Below are positions 49,520 to 63,061 of a DNA stretch of 64,000 nt, piece by piece. The DNA lies in NCBI GenBank assembly GCA_963820825.1, contig CAWGBN010000008.1, positions 224,001 to 288,000 on the forward strand, written 5' to 3'. The DNA comes from Vulcanimicrobiota bacterium (GTDB lineage Bacteria > Vulcanimicrobiota > Vulcanimicrobiia > Vulcanimicrobiales > Vulcanimicrobiaceae). The notes under the pieces were generated by a model. It was not told where the DNA came from. It was given only the letters and a program-made list of their open reading frames with translations, and ran no database searches. The stretch's first letter is position 1. The number at the start of each line of letters is the position of its first letter. The position numbers were made by a program, and so were the translations under genes.

Positions 49520-50476
49520 ATGAGGGAATCTTCGAGGCCGGTCCTCAGCATCGTCGTTCCGCTCTACAACGAAGCGGCAAACGTCGCACCGTTGATCGAG
49601 CGCGTCGGCAGCGTCGTCGACCGCCTTCGAGGCGAGTTCGATCACGAGATCCTTCTGGTCAACGACGGCAGCAGCGACGATACGGCCGCTGCGGTCCGTC
49701 GCGAGATGCAACGCCGCCCGCACGTCGTGCTCGTCAATCTCTCCCGCAACTTCGGGCATCAGCTTGCCGCGACGGCGGGCCTGGAGCTCGCGGTCGGCGA
49801 CGCGGTCGTGCTCATGGACGGCGACCTGCAGGATCCGCCCGAACTCATCGAGGCCTTCCTTGGAAAGTGGCGCCAAGGGTACGACGTCGTCTACGCCGTC
49901 CGGCGAGCACGCCCGGGTGAGAGCCGTTTCAAACTGCTGACCGCGCGCGTATTCTATCGCATTATCAAACGTCTCACGAAGATCGCGATTCCGCTCGACG
50001 CGGGAGACTTTCGTCTGATGAGCCGGCGCGTGGTCGACGCGCTGCGCCGCTCGCCGGAACGCAACCGGTTCCTGCGAGGGATGGTGAGTTGGGTCGGCTT
50101 CAATCAAACGGCGGTCGAGTACGACCGCGACGTCCGTTACTCGGGCGGCACGAAGTATCCGCTGACCAAGATGATTCGCTTTGCGATGGACGGCATCACT
50201 TCGTTCTCCGACATTCCGCTTCGCTTCGCGTCGTACTTCGGCTTCGTCGTCAGCGCGATCGCATTCGTCTACGCGCTGATAGTGATCGGTTTCAAGCTCT
50301 TTAGTTTGAACCCGCCGGCCTATACGCCGGGATGGGCGTCGACGATCGTCGCGGTGCTCTTTCTCGGCGGCGTGCAGCTCATGAGCCTGGGTATACTCGG
50401 TGAGTATCTCGGGCGCGTCTACGACGAAGTGAAGGGGCGACCGCTCTATCTGATCAGCGAGATCGAACGGTCTTAG
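49520..50476 (+). CDS. GT2, GtrB/ArnC-like bactoprenol glycosyltransferase
   Basis: VPLYNE, NDGSSD, SRNFGHQ, MDGDLQDPPE, GDFRLMSR, two C-terminal TM, GEYLGRVYDEVKGRP. Confidence 0.93.
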   Translation: MRESSRPVLSIVVPLYNEAANVAPLIERVGSVVDRLRGEFDHEILLVNDGSSDDTAAAVRREMQRRPHVVLVNLSRNFGHQLAATAGLELAVGDAVVLMDGDLQDPPELIEAFLGKWRQGYDVVYAVRRARPGESRFKLLTARVFYRIIKRLTKIAIPLDAGDFRLMSRRVVDALRRSPERNRFLRGMVSWVGFNQTAVEYDRDVRYSGGTKYPLTKMIRFAMDGITSFSDIPLRFASYFGFVVSAIAFVYALIVIGFKLFSLNPPAYTPGWASTIVAVLFLGGVQLMSLGILGEYLGRVYDEVKGRPLYLISEIERS

Positions 50477-50484
50477 GAACCTCC

Positions 50485-51786
50485 TTGAACTATCACCCGG
50501 TCGTCGATCGCTTCGCCGCGCCGGTCCAACTCGATCCGCTCTCGGCCGTCCTCTTTACCGGCGTCTTCGTTGCCGCCGCGATCCTCACGGTACGGCGTCC
50601 GGTCTACGGATTGGCCGCACTCTTCCTGATTACGCCGGTCGACTTCGCACGCGATTTTCTCAATACGACGATCACGCTGCCGAAAACCGTTCTGCTCGGC
50701 GTGCTGCTCGGGCTCTCGACCTACGCGGGGAGTGCCGCTCTCTTACGCCGGCGCCCCGCACCGCTCGTGCTCGCCGCGCTCGGCCTACTCTTTGCGGTCA
50801 CCGCACTCACCCTCGCGGGCGCCGTCTACCGCGGGCCGGTCGTGCGCGAAGCGCTCAAAGTCGTACAATATGCGGCGATCTTCGTGGCGGCGTTTCTCTG
50901 TTACGCGCTCGACCGCGAGGATGCGCCGCTACGCGGCGCGGTCGCGATCGCCGCGATCGCGGTCTCGCTCTCGGCGCTGGCACAAGAGGTTCTCGGCGCG
51001 CCGTCGGGCTTGTTCATCGGCCCGGCGATCGTCCCGCGTATCGCCGGTCTGCTCGAAGGGCCGAATCAGCTCTCCGCCTACTGCGAGATCGCCGTCGCAA
51101 CGCTCGGCGCGTGGGCGCTCGTCCGCCGCACGCTCCTGCTCGACGTCGCGCTCGGACTCACCGTCTTGGCCGATACTCTAACCTTCTCGCGCGCCGGATG
51201 GGTCGCGCTGGCGGTCGTCGCCGCGATTCTCGCGGCGGCGGGCGGGCGCCGCGCCTGGAACGCGCTCAAACCCGGAGCCGCAGGCCTCGTCGCCGGCATC
51301 GCCGGCGCGGTTGGATGGGGCATCTACGCGCATACGCCCGGCGTCTTGCGCGCCTCCCTCGAGCCGAGTCTTTACGCAGGCGGCGTCGGAAATCGCGACG
51401 AGCTCTGGCGCGCAGCCTGGCAGATGTGGCTCGCTCATCCGATCCTCGGCGTGGGCGCCGGAAACTTCGAGCTGCTCTTGCCCGCGTACGGCCTCTTCGG
51501 CGTACGAACGCATGCGAATAGCTGGTATCTGCAGTCGTTAGCGGAGGGCGGCATCCTGTTGCTTGCAGCGACGATCCTGTTGCTCGCCGCGATCCTCACC
51601 GGTTTTGCGCGCGGCGGCCTCCGCCGTCTGCGCGACGCTTCGCCCTGGAGCCTCGCCGCATTCGCAGCGACGATTGCGCTCGCGCTGCACCAGAGCGTCG
51701 ACTATCTCGTCTTCTATCCGAAAGTCGGCGGCGCGTGGTGGCTTCTCATCGGCACGGCCGCAGCGGCGCTCGCCGCCGCCAGGTGA
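50485..51786 (+). CDS. O-antigen ligase (Wzy_C) family protein
   Basis: RIAG..EGPN, LTFSRAGW, R..LW, HPILGVGAGNF, HANSWYLQ.LAEGG. Confidence 0.88.
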   Translation: MNYHPVVDRFAAPVQLDPLSAVLFTGVFVAAAILTVRRPVYGLAALFLITPVDFARDFLNTTITLPKTVLLGVLLGLSTYAGSAALLRRRPAPLVLAALGLLFAVTALTLAGAVYRGPVVREALKVVQYAAIFVAAFLCYALDREDAPLRGAVAIAAIAVSLSALAQEVLGAPSGLFIGPAIVPRIAGLLEGPNQLSAYCEIAVATLGAWALVRRTLLLDVALGLTVLADTLTFSRAGWVALAVVAAILAAAGGRRAWNALKPGAAGLVAGIAGAVGWGIYAHTPGVLRASLEPSLYAGGVGNRDELWRAAWQMWLAHPILGVGAGNFELLLPAYGLFGVRTHANSWYLQSLAEGGILLLAATILLLAAILTGFARGGLRRLRDASPWSLAAFAATIALALHQSVDYLVFYPKVGGAWWLLIGTAAAALAAAR

Positions 51787-52998
51787 CTCCGCAACCGATC
51801 TCCGTCGCCACCGATCTCGGCGCGGCGGCGTGGCCGCCGCTCGCCGTGCTCTTCGTCGCGATTGCAGCCGCAAGTATCTACTATTTCCGCGCGATTGCGC
51901 GAACGCAGCCGATTCCGCTGAGGATGCTCGCGCTTGCGGCGGCCGGCGGATTGGCGATCGCGTTGCTCGCGCCGGTGCTCTTCTCCAGCGACGTTTACGC
52001 CTACGCCGCTTACGGCGAGATGGCGCGCGTCGGCGTCAATCCTTACGCACGCGTGACGGAATCCTCCGACGTCATCGTGCGCGCCGCGCAAATGCAGTGG
52101 ATCAGCGCCTTTCCGATCTGCGTCTACGGTCCGGCCTTCGTCGAGTTCGCGCGTGCTCTCGTTACGCTCTTGGCACCGTTGGGATTGCTTGCCGTTCTCG
52201 ACGGCTTTCGCGCTTCGGCCTCGCTCGCGTTTCTGCTCTGCCTGCCGCTGGCATACCGTGCGTTTCCCGGCGATAGCCGCGCGCGCTTGCGATCGGCCGC
52301 GACGATCGGCTTGAATCCGGTCGCTATTTGGTCGGCCGCTGAAGGACATAACGACGCGATCGCACTTGCCGTGGTCTTGCTCGGCTTTGTGCTGATGCGC
52401 CGCCGCTCAACGAACACCGGCGCCGCTATCGCCGCGCTCGCCGCGCTCGTCAAGGCGCCCGCTGCGGCTGCGGCAATTGGGCTGGCCATCGTGAATCGCC
52501 GGGCGCGCATCGGCGCAATCGCCGGGCTCGTCGTCGCCGCGCTGTTCTCCTGGCCCCTGATCTGGGGCGTATCGAGCAATCTCGCGCCGCATGGAACCTA
52601 TGCACCGCAAGTCTCGCTGCAAGCACTCTTCGCTCCGATCTCTCCCGTGCTGGCGTGGAGCGTCGCCGGCGCGACGAGCGCGCTCTTGGCCGCGCGCGGC
52701 ATTCTGCTTTGCAAGCGGCACTTCGCCGAAGGCTGGATCTGGCTCGGGCTCGCCGCATGGGTGCTCGTGCCCAACCCGTATCCCTGGTACGGCACCTGGC
52801 TCGTTACGCTCGCCGCACTCGCGCCTCGCTCGCGCGCTGCGCATGTGGCGATAGTCCTCTCGCTCGTCTCGGTGCTGCGTTACATTCCCGATGCGGTCGC
52901 GACCCCGTCGCCGCCGCTCGCCGCGACGCTCGGTCTGCTCGCCGCTTTGCCGCTGCTCGCCCTTCTGCCGCGCGCGCCTGTTATAATGAGCGACTCGT

Positions 52999-53009
<11 letters not shown>
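51783..53009 (+). CDS. GT-C mannosyltransferase-like (MptA/MptB, GT87-like) membrane protein
   Basis: FSSDVYAYAAYG, NPY, YGP, LNP, GHND, K, PWY motifs; GTGA overlap. Confidence 0.8.
52979..52987 (+). promoter_or_regulatory. Extended -10 promoter (TGtTATAAT) for mfd
   Basis: Perfect TGn-TATAAT 11 nt upstream of the mfd ATG in a GC-rich background. Confidence 0.65.
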
Positions 53010-56370
<3,361 letters not shown>

Positions 56371-56466
56371 AGGAGCTCATCCGCCCCACGCGAACGAGGG
56401 CGCGTGATGCGGGGCCCTTGGCCCCGCTTACTACGCACTCCAAACCTCATTCCTAACGGAGCAACG

Positions 56467-57441
56467 ATGTCGAAAGCCCTACGCATCACCGTGGGCCTCG
56501 CCGGGCTTCTCATGGGCACGCTCCTCGCGGCGTGCTCGGGCGGCGGCGCGATCGCAACGGTGAACGGACAGCCAGTCAGCCGGTCGACCTTCGACCAGCG
56601 CCTCGAAGGCAGCCCCATGGGACGTACCGTCCTGCAACAGCTCGTGCAAGAGACGCTCATCGAGCAGTATGCGAAGAACAACAACATCACGGTCACCGAC
56701 GCCGAGGTCGACGCCAAGGAGAACCAGATCAAGGCGAACTTCCCGAGCGGCTCGTGGGACGAGATGCTGAAGGCGCGCGGCCTGACCGAAGCCGACGTAC
56801 GCCAGGCGTTGCGCGAGCAGATCATCATGGATAAGGCGCTCGCAAAAGACGTTACGATCACGCCGGCTCAGATCAAGGATTACTTCAATAAGAACCACGC
56901 GTCGTTCGATAAGCCCGAACAGGTGAAGGCGCGCCACATTCTGGTGCAGAGCCCCGCGCTCGCGGCGCAGATTGAGACGCAGCTGAAGGCCAACCCCCAG
57001 AGCTTCGCAGCGCTTGCGAAGAAGTACTCAACCGATCCCGGCAGCAAGGAGAAGGGCGGCGACCTCGGCGAGTTCCGTCGCGGCCAAATGGTGCCGGCCT
57101 TCGACAAGTACGCCTTCTCGGCGCCGGTCGGCCAGATCAGCCCGCCGATCAAGTCGCCCTTCGGCTACCACATCATTCAGGTGGAAGAGAAGATCCCCGG
57201 ACAGAAGGCGACGGTCGCCAGTGCGACGCCGCAGATCATGGATACGCTGCGCCAGCAGCAGGAAGCCCCGCTGATTCAGCCCTTCCTGCAAGGTCTGCAG
57301 CAGAAGGCGACGATCGTCGTGAACGATCCGCAGTTCGCGGGACTCTTTGCCACGCCGGCACCACCCCCGGGCGCCGCGCCCGCCGCGGCATCATCGGCCG
57401 CGCCCAGTGCGGCCGCCTCGCCGGGTCCATCGGCAACCTAG
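56467..57441 (+). CDS. prsA: Foldase PrsA-like peptidylprolyl isomerase lipoprotein
   Basis: Lipobox LAAC; ATVNG; parvulin domain ARHILV...STDPGS..GGDLG..MVPAF..SPFGYHII. Confidence 0.9.
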   Translation: MSKALRITVGLAGLLMGTLLAACSGGGAIATVNGQPVSRSTFDQRLEGSPMGRTVLQQLVQETLIEQYAKNNNITVTDAEVDAKENQIKANFPSGSWDEMLKARGLTEADVRQALREQIIMDKALAKDVTITPAQIKDYFNKNHASFDKPEQVKARHILVQSPALAAQIETQLKANPQSFAALAKKYSTDPGSKEKGGDLGEFRRGQMVPAFDKYAFSAPVGQISPPIKSPFGYHIIQVEEKIPGQKATVASATPQIMDTLRQQQEAPLIQPFLQGLQQKATIVVNDPQFAGLFATPAPPPGAAPAAASSAAPSAAASPGPSAT

Positions 57442-57448
57442 CAAAACC

Positions 57449-58111
57449 ATGCCGCAAGTCCTGCGCGCAAGCGTAGGCCTCGCGATCCTTCTCCTGAGCA
57501 CGCCGCTTGCGGCGTGCTCGGGCAGGGGGAACGACGTGGTCGCGACCGTCAACGGTCAACCGATCAGCCGATCCGAGTACAACACACGCCTCGAAAATTT
57601 GCCGAAGGCGCACCTTCTGCTGCAGCGGCTCGTTGAGAGCGCGCTGATCGAGCAGTACGCAACGCAGAACCACCTCGAGGTGAGCGATGCGGATATCGCG
57701 GCTCGCATAGCCTATTTCAGGGCGCAGTTTCCCGGCGACTCGTGGAACAAAATGCTCGCGGTCCGCGATCTGAACCAAAGCGAGCTGCAGACGTTCTTCC
57801 GCGAGCAGATCATCCTCGACCGCGTCGTAGCCAAGGACGTGAACGTTACGCAGGCCGACGTTGCGACGTACTACGCGCAACATCACGCGCAGTTCGACCG
57901 GCCCGGCAAGAAGGCAACGCTCGAAGACGCGAGACCGCAGATCGTAGAGAAGCTCCGCGAGCAGCAAGAGTTCCCGTGGAGCGAGCAGTTCATCGACGAT
58001 CTTCGAAAGAAGGCCGACATCAAGGTCTACGATCCCCGTTTCATCCCGCTCTTCCCGTCGCCGCCGCCGGTGCCGCCGGGTGCGGTGGAGACCACCCCAA
58101 AGACGGAGTAG
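57449..58111 (+). CDS. PrsA/SurA N-domain paralogue lacking the parvulin domain
   Basis: Lipobox LAAC, ATVNGQPISR, LIEQYA, REQII aligned to the upstream PrsA; FDRP is joined directly to GKKATL. Confidence 0.85.
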   Translation: MPQVLRASVGLAILLLSTPLAACSGRGNDVVATVNGQPISRSEYNTRLENLPKAHLLLQRLVESALIEQYATQNHLEVSDADIAARIAYFRAQFPGDSWNKMLAVRDLNQSELQTFFREQIILDRVVAKDVNVTQADVATYYAQHHAQFDRPGKKATLEDARPQIVEKLREQQEFPWSEQFIDDLRKKADIKVYDPRFIPLFPSPPPVPPGAVETTPKTE

Positions 58112-58140
58112 TCCGCGAACTCGCTGCGAACCCACGTAGC

Positions 58141-59328
58141 GTGCTGGTTCGCATCGTAGGCCTCGGGCCGGGCGATCCCGGACTCCTGACGCTCGGCGCT
58201 CTCGATGCGCTGCGCGCCGTCGGGAAGGCCGTCGCTTTGCTCGCGCCGCCCGATCTAACGGCGTACCTGGAGCGCAACGGGGTCGAGATCGCGCGCGCAG
58301 TCGTCGACGATCCGGCGTTGCTCGTGCGCGGCGGCGGCGAGGAGATCGCGCGCTTTGTAGAACGCCTCGGCAGCGAAGCGCACGACGGCGCACTCGCCCT
58401 CGGCGTCCTCGGTAATCCGCTCTCCGATTTTCCCGGCTTGCCGCCGCTGCTGCGCGCGTTGGAAGCGCGCGAAGTTGCCAGCGAGATCGTTCCCGGGATG
58501 CCGCGAGCGACGCTCTCGGCCGCAATCGCAATGCCGCTCGTTCCGCTGCCGCCGCAGTCGGCGCACTATAGCTGGGACGATCTGATCGAAATTATGGCGC
58601 GGCTGCGTATGGGGTGTCCGTGGGATCGCGAGCAGACGCATCGCACGCTCGTGCCCTATCTCATCGAGGAGACCTTCGAAGTCGTCGAGGCGATCGAGAT
58701 CTCGCACCTCGAAGGCCTCTGCGAAGAGCTCGGCGACCTGCTTCTCCAAATCGTCTTCCACGCGCAGCTCGCAACCGAGGTCGGTCAGTTCGGCATCGCC
58801 GACGTCGTCGACGCGCTTGCCAATAAGATGGTTCGCCGCCACCCGCACGTCTTCGGCGACGCGGTCATCGAAGACGTCGACGCGCAGTGGCGCAATTGGG
58901 AGCGCCTCAAAGCGCTCGAAAAGACCGGCCGGCAGCGGCGCACCCGTCTCGACGGAATTCCCAAGCATCTCGGCGCGCTCCAGCGCGGACAGCGCATGCA
59001 GGAGAAGGCCTCGCGCGTCGGTTTCGACTGGCCCGACACCGGCGGCGTGCTCGAGAAGCTCGCCGAGGAGCTAAACGAGCTCGCCGAGGCCCGGCGCGAA
59101 CGCCAAGACGATCCGCGGGTCCGCGAAGAGCTCGGCGACGTCTTCTTCACCCTGGTCAACCTCTCGCGCGCTCTGGGTATCGACGCCGAGACCGCGATGC
59201 GCGAGGCCAACGAAAAGTTCTACCGGCGCTTCGCCTTCATGGAAGAGCGCGCCGCCGCCGAGGGGAAGAGCCTCTCGGATCTCTCGCTCGACGAACTCGA
59301 GGAGCTATGGCAACTGGCGAAGGCTTGA
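58141..59328 (+). CDS. mazG: Nucleoside triphosphate pyrophosphohydrolase MazG (YabN-like, with reduced N-terminal methylase-like domain)
   Basis: IVGLGPGD N-terminus; [35 protein letters not shown]. Confidence 0.93.
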   Translation: MLVRIVGLGPGDPGLLTLGALDALRAVGKAVALLAPPDLTAYLERNGVEIARAVVDDPALLVRGGGEEIARFVERLGSEAHDGALALGVLGNPLSDFPGLPPLLRALEAREVASEIVPGMPRATLSAAIAMPLVPLPPQSAHYSWDDLIEIMARLRMGCPWDREQTHRTLVPYLIEETFEVVEAIEISHLEGLCEELGDLLLQIVFHAQLATEVGQFGIADVVDALANKMVRRHPHVFGDAVIEDVDAQWRNWERLKALEKTGRQRRTRLDGIPKHLGALQRGQRMQEKASRVGFDWPDTGGVLEKLAEELNELAEARRERQDDPRVREELGDVFFTLVNLSRALGIDAETAMREANEKFYRRFAFMEERAAAEGKSLSDLSLDELEELWQLAKA

Positions 59329-59705
59329 GCGCAACGCTGCGCGTGCGGATGAGTACGGCGGATGCGCACTACGGCGGGAACTTAGTCGACGGCGCGCGGA
59401 TTCTCGCGCTCTTCGGCGACGTCGCCACCGAACTGCTCGTCCGATTGGACGGCGACGAGGGACTCTTTGCCGCCTACCAAGAGATCCGGTTCTTAGCGCC
59501 GACCTACGCCGGCGATTACATCGAAGCCGAAGGGCACATCGTGCAGGTCGGCAAGACGTCGCGGCGCATGGAGTTCGAAGCGCGCAAGGTGATCGCCGCG
59601 CGTCCCGAGATCGGCGAGAGCGCGGCCGACGTGCTCGATCCGCCCGTCGTCGTCTGCCGCGCCACCGGCACCTGCGTTACGCCGAAGGATAAGAAGCGCA
59701 GATAG
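59325..59705 (+). CDS. kal: 3-aminobutyryl-CoA ammonia-lyase (hotdog fold)
   Basis: [48 protein letters not shown] overlap with mazG. Confidence 0.9.
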   Translation: MSATLRVRMSTADAHYGGNLVDGARILALFGDVATELLVRLDGDEGLFAAYQEIRFLAPTYAGDYIEAEGHIVQVGKTSRRMEFEARKVIAARPEIGESAADVLDPPVVVCRATGTCVTPKDKKRR

Positions 59706-59709
59706 TCTG

Positions 59710-61050
59710 ATGGCTCGCCTCGTAGCGCTGCTCGTGCCGCTTGCGGCGTTCGTGCTCGTCTCCTGCGGCGGGAGCTCCTCGTTCACGAACGTACCGCCGG
59801 CGCCGCCGCACCAGGTGCAGAAAATCCAGCACGTCGTCATCATCGTGCAAGAGAACCGCAGCTTCAACAATCTCTTTTACGGTTTTCCGGGCGCGCACAC
59901 CGTCGCGTACGGCTACGACACCGACCGGCGCAAGGTCGCGCTCAAGCCGATCGGCCTCGAAACGACCTGGGATCTCGATCACAGCTCCTACTCGTTCTTC
60001 ACCGATTGCAACGGCACGGGAAGTTTTCCCGGCACCGGATGCCGGATGGACGGTTTCAATAAAGAGTACGTCGGCTGCGGGCACAAGTCGTATCCGCCGT
60101 GTCCCTTCGAGCATCCCGCCTACGCCTACGTGCCGCACGAGGAGACGAAACCGTACTTCGAGATAGCCAGACGCTACGTGCTGGCAGATCGGATGTTCGC
60201 CTCGAACTTCGATGCAAGCAGCTTCATCTCGCATCAATACATCATCGCGGGGCAAGCGAACTCGGCGGTCAACTATCCCGACGCGAGCTGGGGCTGCGAA
60301 GGCGGTAAAACCGACCTCATCGGGACCGTCACCCATCAGAGAACGCTCTACGGCAGCTACATCCGCGTCTGCTTCGATGACGCGACGCTTGGCGACGAGC
60401 TCGACGCCGCCGGCATTCCGTGGGCCTTCTACGCCGCGCACTACTCCTCCGGATACGTCAATCTCTGGAGTGCCTATCAAGCGATCAGACACATCTACTA
60501 CGGTCCCGACTGGAAGAAGGACGTCTTACCGAATACAAACTTCTTCGAAGACGTCGAACACGGCCGGCTGCGAGCCGTCAGTTGGATTACTCCGTCGTGC
60601 GCGAACTCGGATCACGCGGGCTGCGGATCGAAGACCGGCCCGTCGTGGGTTGCCTCGCTCGTCAACGCCGTCGGTAAATCGCGGTATTGGAACTCGACCG
60701 CGATCTTCATTTTCTGGGACGATTACGGCGGGTGGTACGACGATGTCGCGCCGCAGCTGGTCGATTACGACGGACTCGGCCTGCGCCTTCCGATGCTGAT
60801 CATATCGCCGTACGCAAAGAAGGGCTACGTCTCCCACGTTCACTACGAGCACGGCAGCATCCTAAAGTTTGTCGAGGATCGGTTCGGGCTCCCCCGGCTC
60901 GCGGCGAGCGATGCGCGCGCCAACTCGCCGGAATTAGATTGCTTCGATTTCACCCGGCCGCCGCGAGCGTTCACGCCGATCGCCGCGCCGCTGGGAGAAC
61001 GCTACTTCAGAGATCAGCCGCTCGATCCTCGGCCGCCCGATTCGCAGTGA
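59710..61050 (+). CDS. Phosphoesterase / phospholipase C family lipoprotein
   Basis: Lipobox LVSC; IQHVVIIVQENRSFNN, LADRMF, SDH, WDDYGGWYD, ISPYAKKGYVSH. Confidence 0.9.
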   Translation: MARLVALLVPLAAFVLVSCGGSSSFTNVPPAPPHQVQKIQHVVIIVQENRSFNNLFYGFPGAHTVAYGYDTDRRKVALKPIGLETTWDLDHSSYSFFTDCNGTGSFPGTGCRMDGFNKEYVGCGHKSYPPCPFEHPAYAYVPHEETKPYFEIARRYVLADRMFASNFDASSFISHQYIIAGQANSAVNYPDASWGCEGGKTDLIGTVTHQRTLYGSYIRVCFDDATLGDELDAAGIPWAFYAAHYSSGYVNLWSAYQAIRHIYYGPDWKKDVLPNTNFFEDVEHGRLRAVSWITPSCANSDHAGCGSKTGPSWVASLVNAVGKSRYWNSTAIFIFWDDYGGWYDDVAPQLVDYDGLGLRLPMLIISPYAKKGYVSHVHYEHGSILKFVEDRFGLPRLAASDARANSPELDCFDFTRPPRAFTPIAAPLGERYFRDQPLDPRPPDSQ

Positions 61051-61056
61051 TTCCGG

Positions 61057-62457
61057 TTAGGCGAGTCGCTCGTGCGTCTTCTTCTTCCAAACGAACTCGT
61101 AGTAACAGAACTGGAGCGCGAGGACGACGCAGTACGCGACCGGATAGCCGAGCCAGACGCCGTCGAGACCGATGCGATGCATCAAGACGTACGCAACCGG
61201 CACTTCGACGCCCCAGATCGCGAAGATGCCGTTGATCGTAGGCCAGAGCACCGTGCCGCTTCCGCGCATGACGCCGCTGATGACGGCCGAGTTGCCGAAG
61301 AGCAGATAGCTCCAGAGTACGATCATCAGAAGCTCGTGCGCGATCCGCAGCGTCTGCGGATCGGTGATGAACCAACCCAGGATCGCCCAGGCGAAGATAT
61401 AGCAGAGCCCGATGATGATGCCGCCGACGAAGTAGTTCAACGCGACGGCCGAGCGGATCACGCTGCCGAGCTTATCTTCGCGGCGCGCGCCGATGCATTG
61501 GGCGCCGAAGATCGAAGCCGCGATGCCGATCGAAATCGCGGGAAACTGGACGTAGCCGACGACCTGATTGACCGCGCCGTAGGCCGCCGTCGCGCTCGAC
61601 CCAAAGCGGTTGACGAACGATATCACCGCGATCTCCGCCAGCGAAACCATCATCACTTGGATTCCGGTCGGGACGCCGATACGCACGACCGACTGGAGGA
61701 TCTTCCAGTCGATGCGCATGTCGGATAGCGTCTCTCGATCGAACTTTAGCGGATGATCGCGGCGCTTGAGATAGTAGAGCAGCCACGCGAGCGCGGCGGA
61801 GTTGGCGATCACGCCGGCGACGGCCGCGCTCACGACGCCGAGTTTCGGCAATCCGAAGAGGCCGACGATGAAGAGCGGCGTGATCGCGATCGCCAGCACG
61901 GCGGAGACGATCAGTGCGTAGAAGGGCGTCGTCGAATCGCCGGTTCCGCGCAGGATCGTCGCGTAGACGAAATAGACGAAGAAGACCGGCATGGTCAAGA
62001 AGATCACGCGCGCGTACGCATCGGCTTGGCCGATAATGTCGGGCGGCGTTGCCAGCCAGCCGAGCATCGTCGTCGAGCCGAGCGCGCCGACGATCGCGAC
62101 GATGATTCCGAGATAGAGCGCCGCGCCGAGCACCGTTCCGGCGATCTTCTTCACGCGGTGATGGTCGCGGGCACCGAAGGCCTGGCCGATCAGAACGCTG
62201 CTTCCGCTCGAGACGCCGAAGACGAACGAGAACAAGAGAAAGATGATCGGAAAGACCGCCGAGATCGCGCCGAGCGCTTGCGTGGAGATCAGCCGGCCGA
62301 TCCAGATGCTCGCCATCGTCTGCGACGCCGACTGCAAGACGTTGCTGAGCATGAGGGGCACGAGAAAGACGAGGAGGATCTGCCACATCGGCTTCCCCTC
62401 CTCAAAGATGTTGACGCCATGACGGCGCGGCGCGGGCCGCGCCTCGGCCTGAGCCAT
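61057..62457 (-). CDS. MATE family efflux transporter
   Basis: 12 TM; LRGTGDSTTP, RIGVP, GQAFGA / AQCIGA repeats. Confidence 0.92.
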   Translation of the reverse strand: MAQAEARPAPRRHGVNIFEEGKPMWQILLVFLVPLMLSNVLQSASQTMASIWIGRLISTQALGAISAVFPIIFLLFSFVFGVSSGSSVLIGQAFGARDHHRVKKIAGTVLGAALYLGIIVAIVGALGSTTMLGWLATPPDIIGQADAYARVIFLTMPVFFVYFVYATILRGTGDSTTPFYALIVSAVLAIAITPLFIVGLFGLPKLGVVSAAVAGVIANSAALAWLLYYLKRRDHPLKFDRETLSDMRIDWKILQSVVRIGVPTGIQVMMVSLAEIAVISFVNRFGSSATAAYGAVNQVVGYVQFPAISIGIAASIFGAQCIGARREDKLGSVIRSAVALNYFVGGIIIGLCYIFAWAILGWFITDPQTLRIAHELLMIVLWSYLLFGNSAVISGVMRGSGTVLWPTINGIFAIWGVEVPVAYVLMHRIGLDGVWLGYPVAYCVVLALQFCYYEFVWKKKTHERLA

Positions 62458-62463
62458 CGGCTC

Positions 62464-62994
62464 TTACTCCTCTGCTAGCAGTTCGTAAATCTCTTTTCGA
62501 GCTTCTTTCAACAACTCACAGACGCGCTCGATCGTTTCCGGCTTCGACGAGGGTCCGAGCTGAGCGATCGCCTGCATCAACCTCCGCGCCGAGTCGCGCA
62601 GCTGCGAGACCATTTGACGTTCCGGCTCGTCCTCTACGTCCGCTTCTTCTGCGTTGAGCAATCGCTCCAGTTCGGCCGCGTGTTCGCCGAGCAGCTCGCG
62701 TCCCCGTGGCGTAATCTCGTAGATCCGGCGATCGCCTTCGTCGCGACCGGCAATCAGGCCGGCCCCTTCGAGCGCCGCTAAGACCGGATAGACCGAACCG
62801 GCGCCGGCGCCCCACCCCTTCTCGCGAACGGCGCGAATCAGGTCGTAACCGTGCCGCGGCAGCTCGTCGAGCAGCTTGAGTAAGGCAAACTTCAGAACGC
62901 CGCGCCGAAAGCGGCGCATTCCGCGCCGGCGATGCCCCTCGTCATGCCACCACCAGCCCCCGGAACGCGGATCTCCCCAAAAACCAGTATTCAT
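62464..62994 (-). CDS. PadR family transcriptional regulator
   Basis: RG.LKF..L.LL...PRHGYDLI, GSVYP.L..LE, RRIYEIT..G. Confidence 0.92.
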   Translation of the reverse strand: MNTGFWGDPRSGGWWWHDEGHRRRGMRRFRRGVLKFALLKLLDELPRHGYDLIRAVREKGWGAGAGSVYPVLAALEGAGLIAGRDEGDRRIYEITPRGRELLGEHAAELERLLNAEEADVEDEPERQMVSQLRDSARRLMQAIAQLGPSSKPETIERVCELLKEARKEIYELLAEE

Positions 62995-63000
62995 GTCGAG

Positions 63001-63046
63001 ATACTATCCGATATATCGTTATCTTGCAATAGGTACCGATATATCG
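63001..63046 (-). promoter_or_regulatory. padR promoter (TTGCAA-17-TAGTAT, leaderless) with two CGATATATCG palindromic operators
   Basis: Perfect palindromes at 63009-63018 and 63037-63046; the -10 ends 6 nt before the ATG. Confidence 0.8.
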
Positions 63047-63061
63047 ACTCCGGCGAACGAC

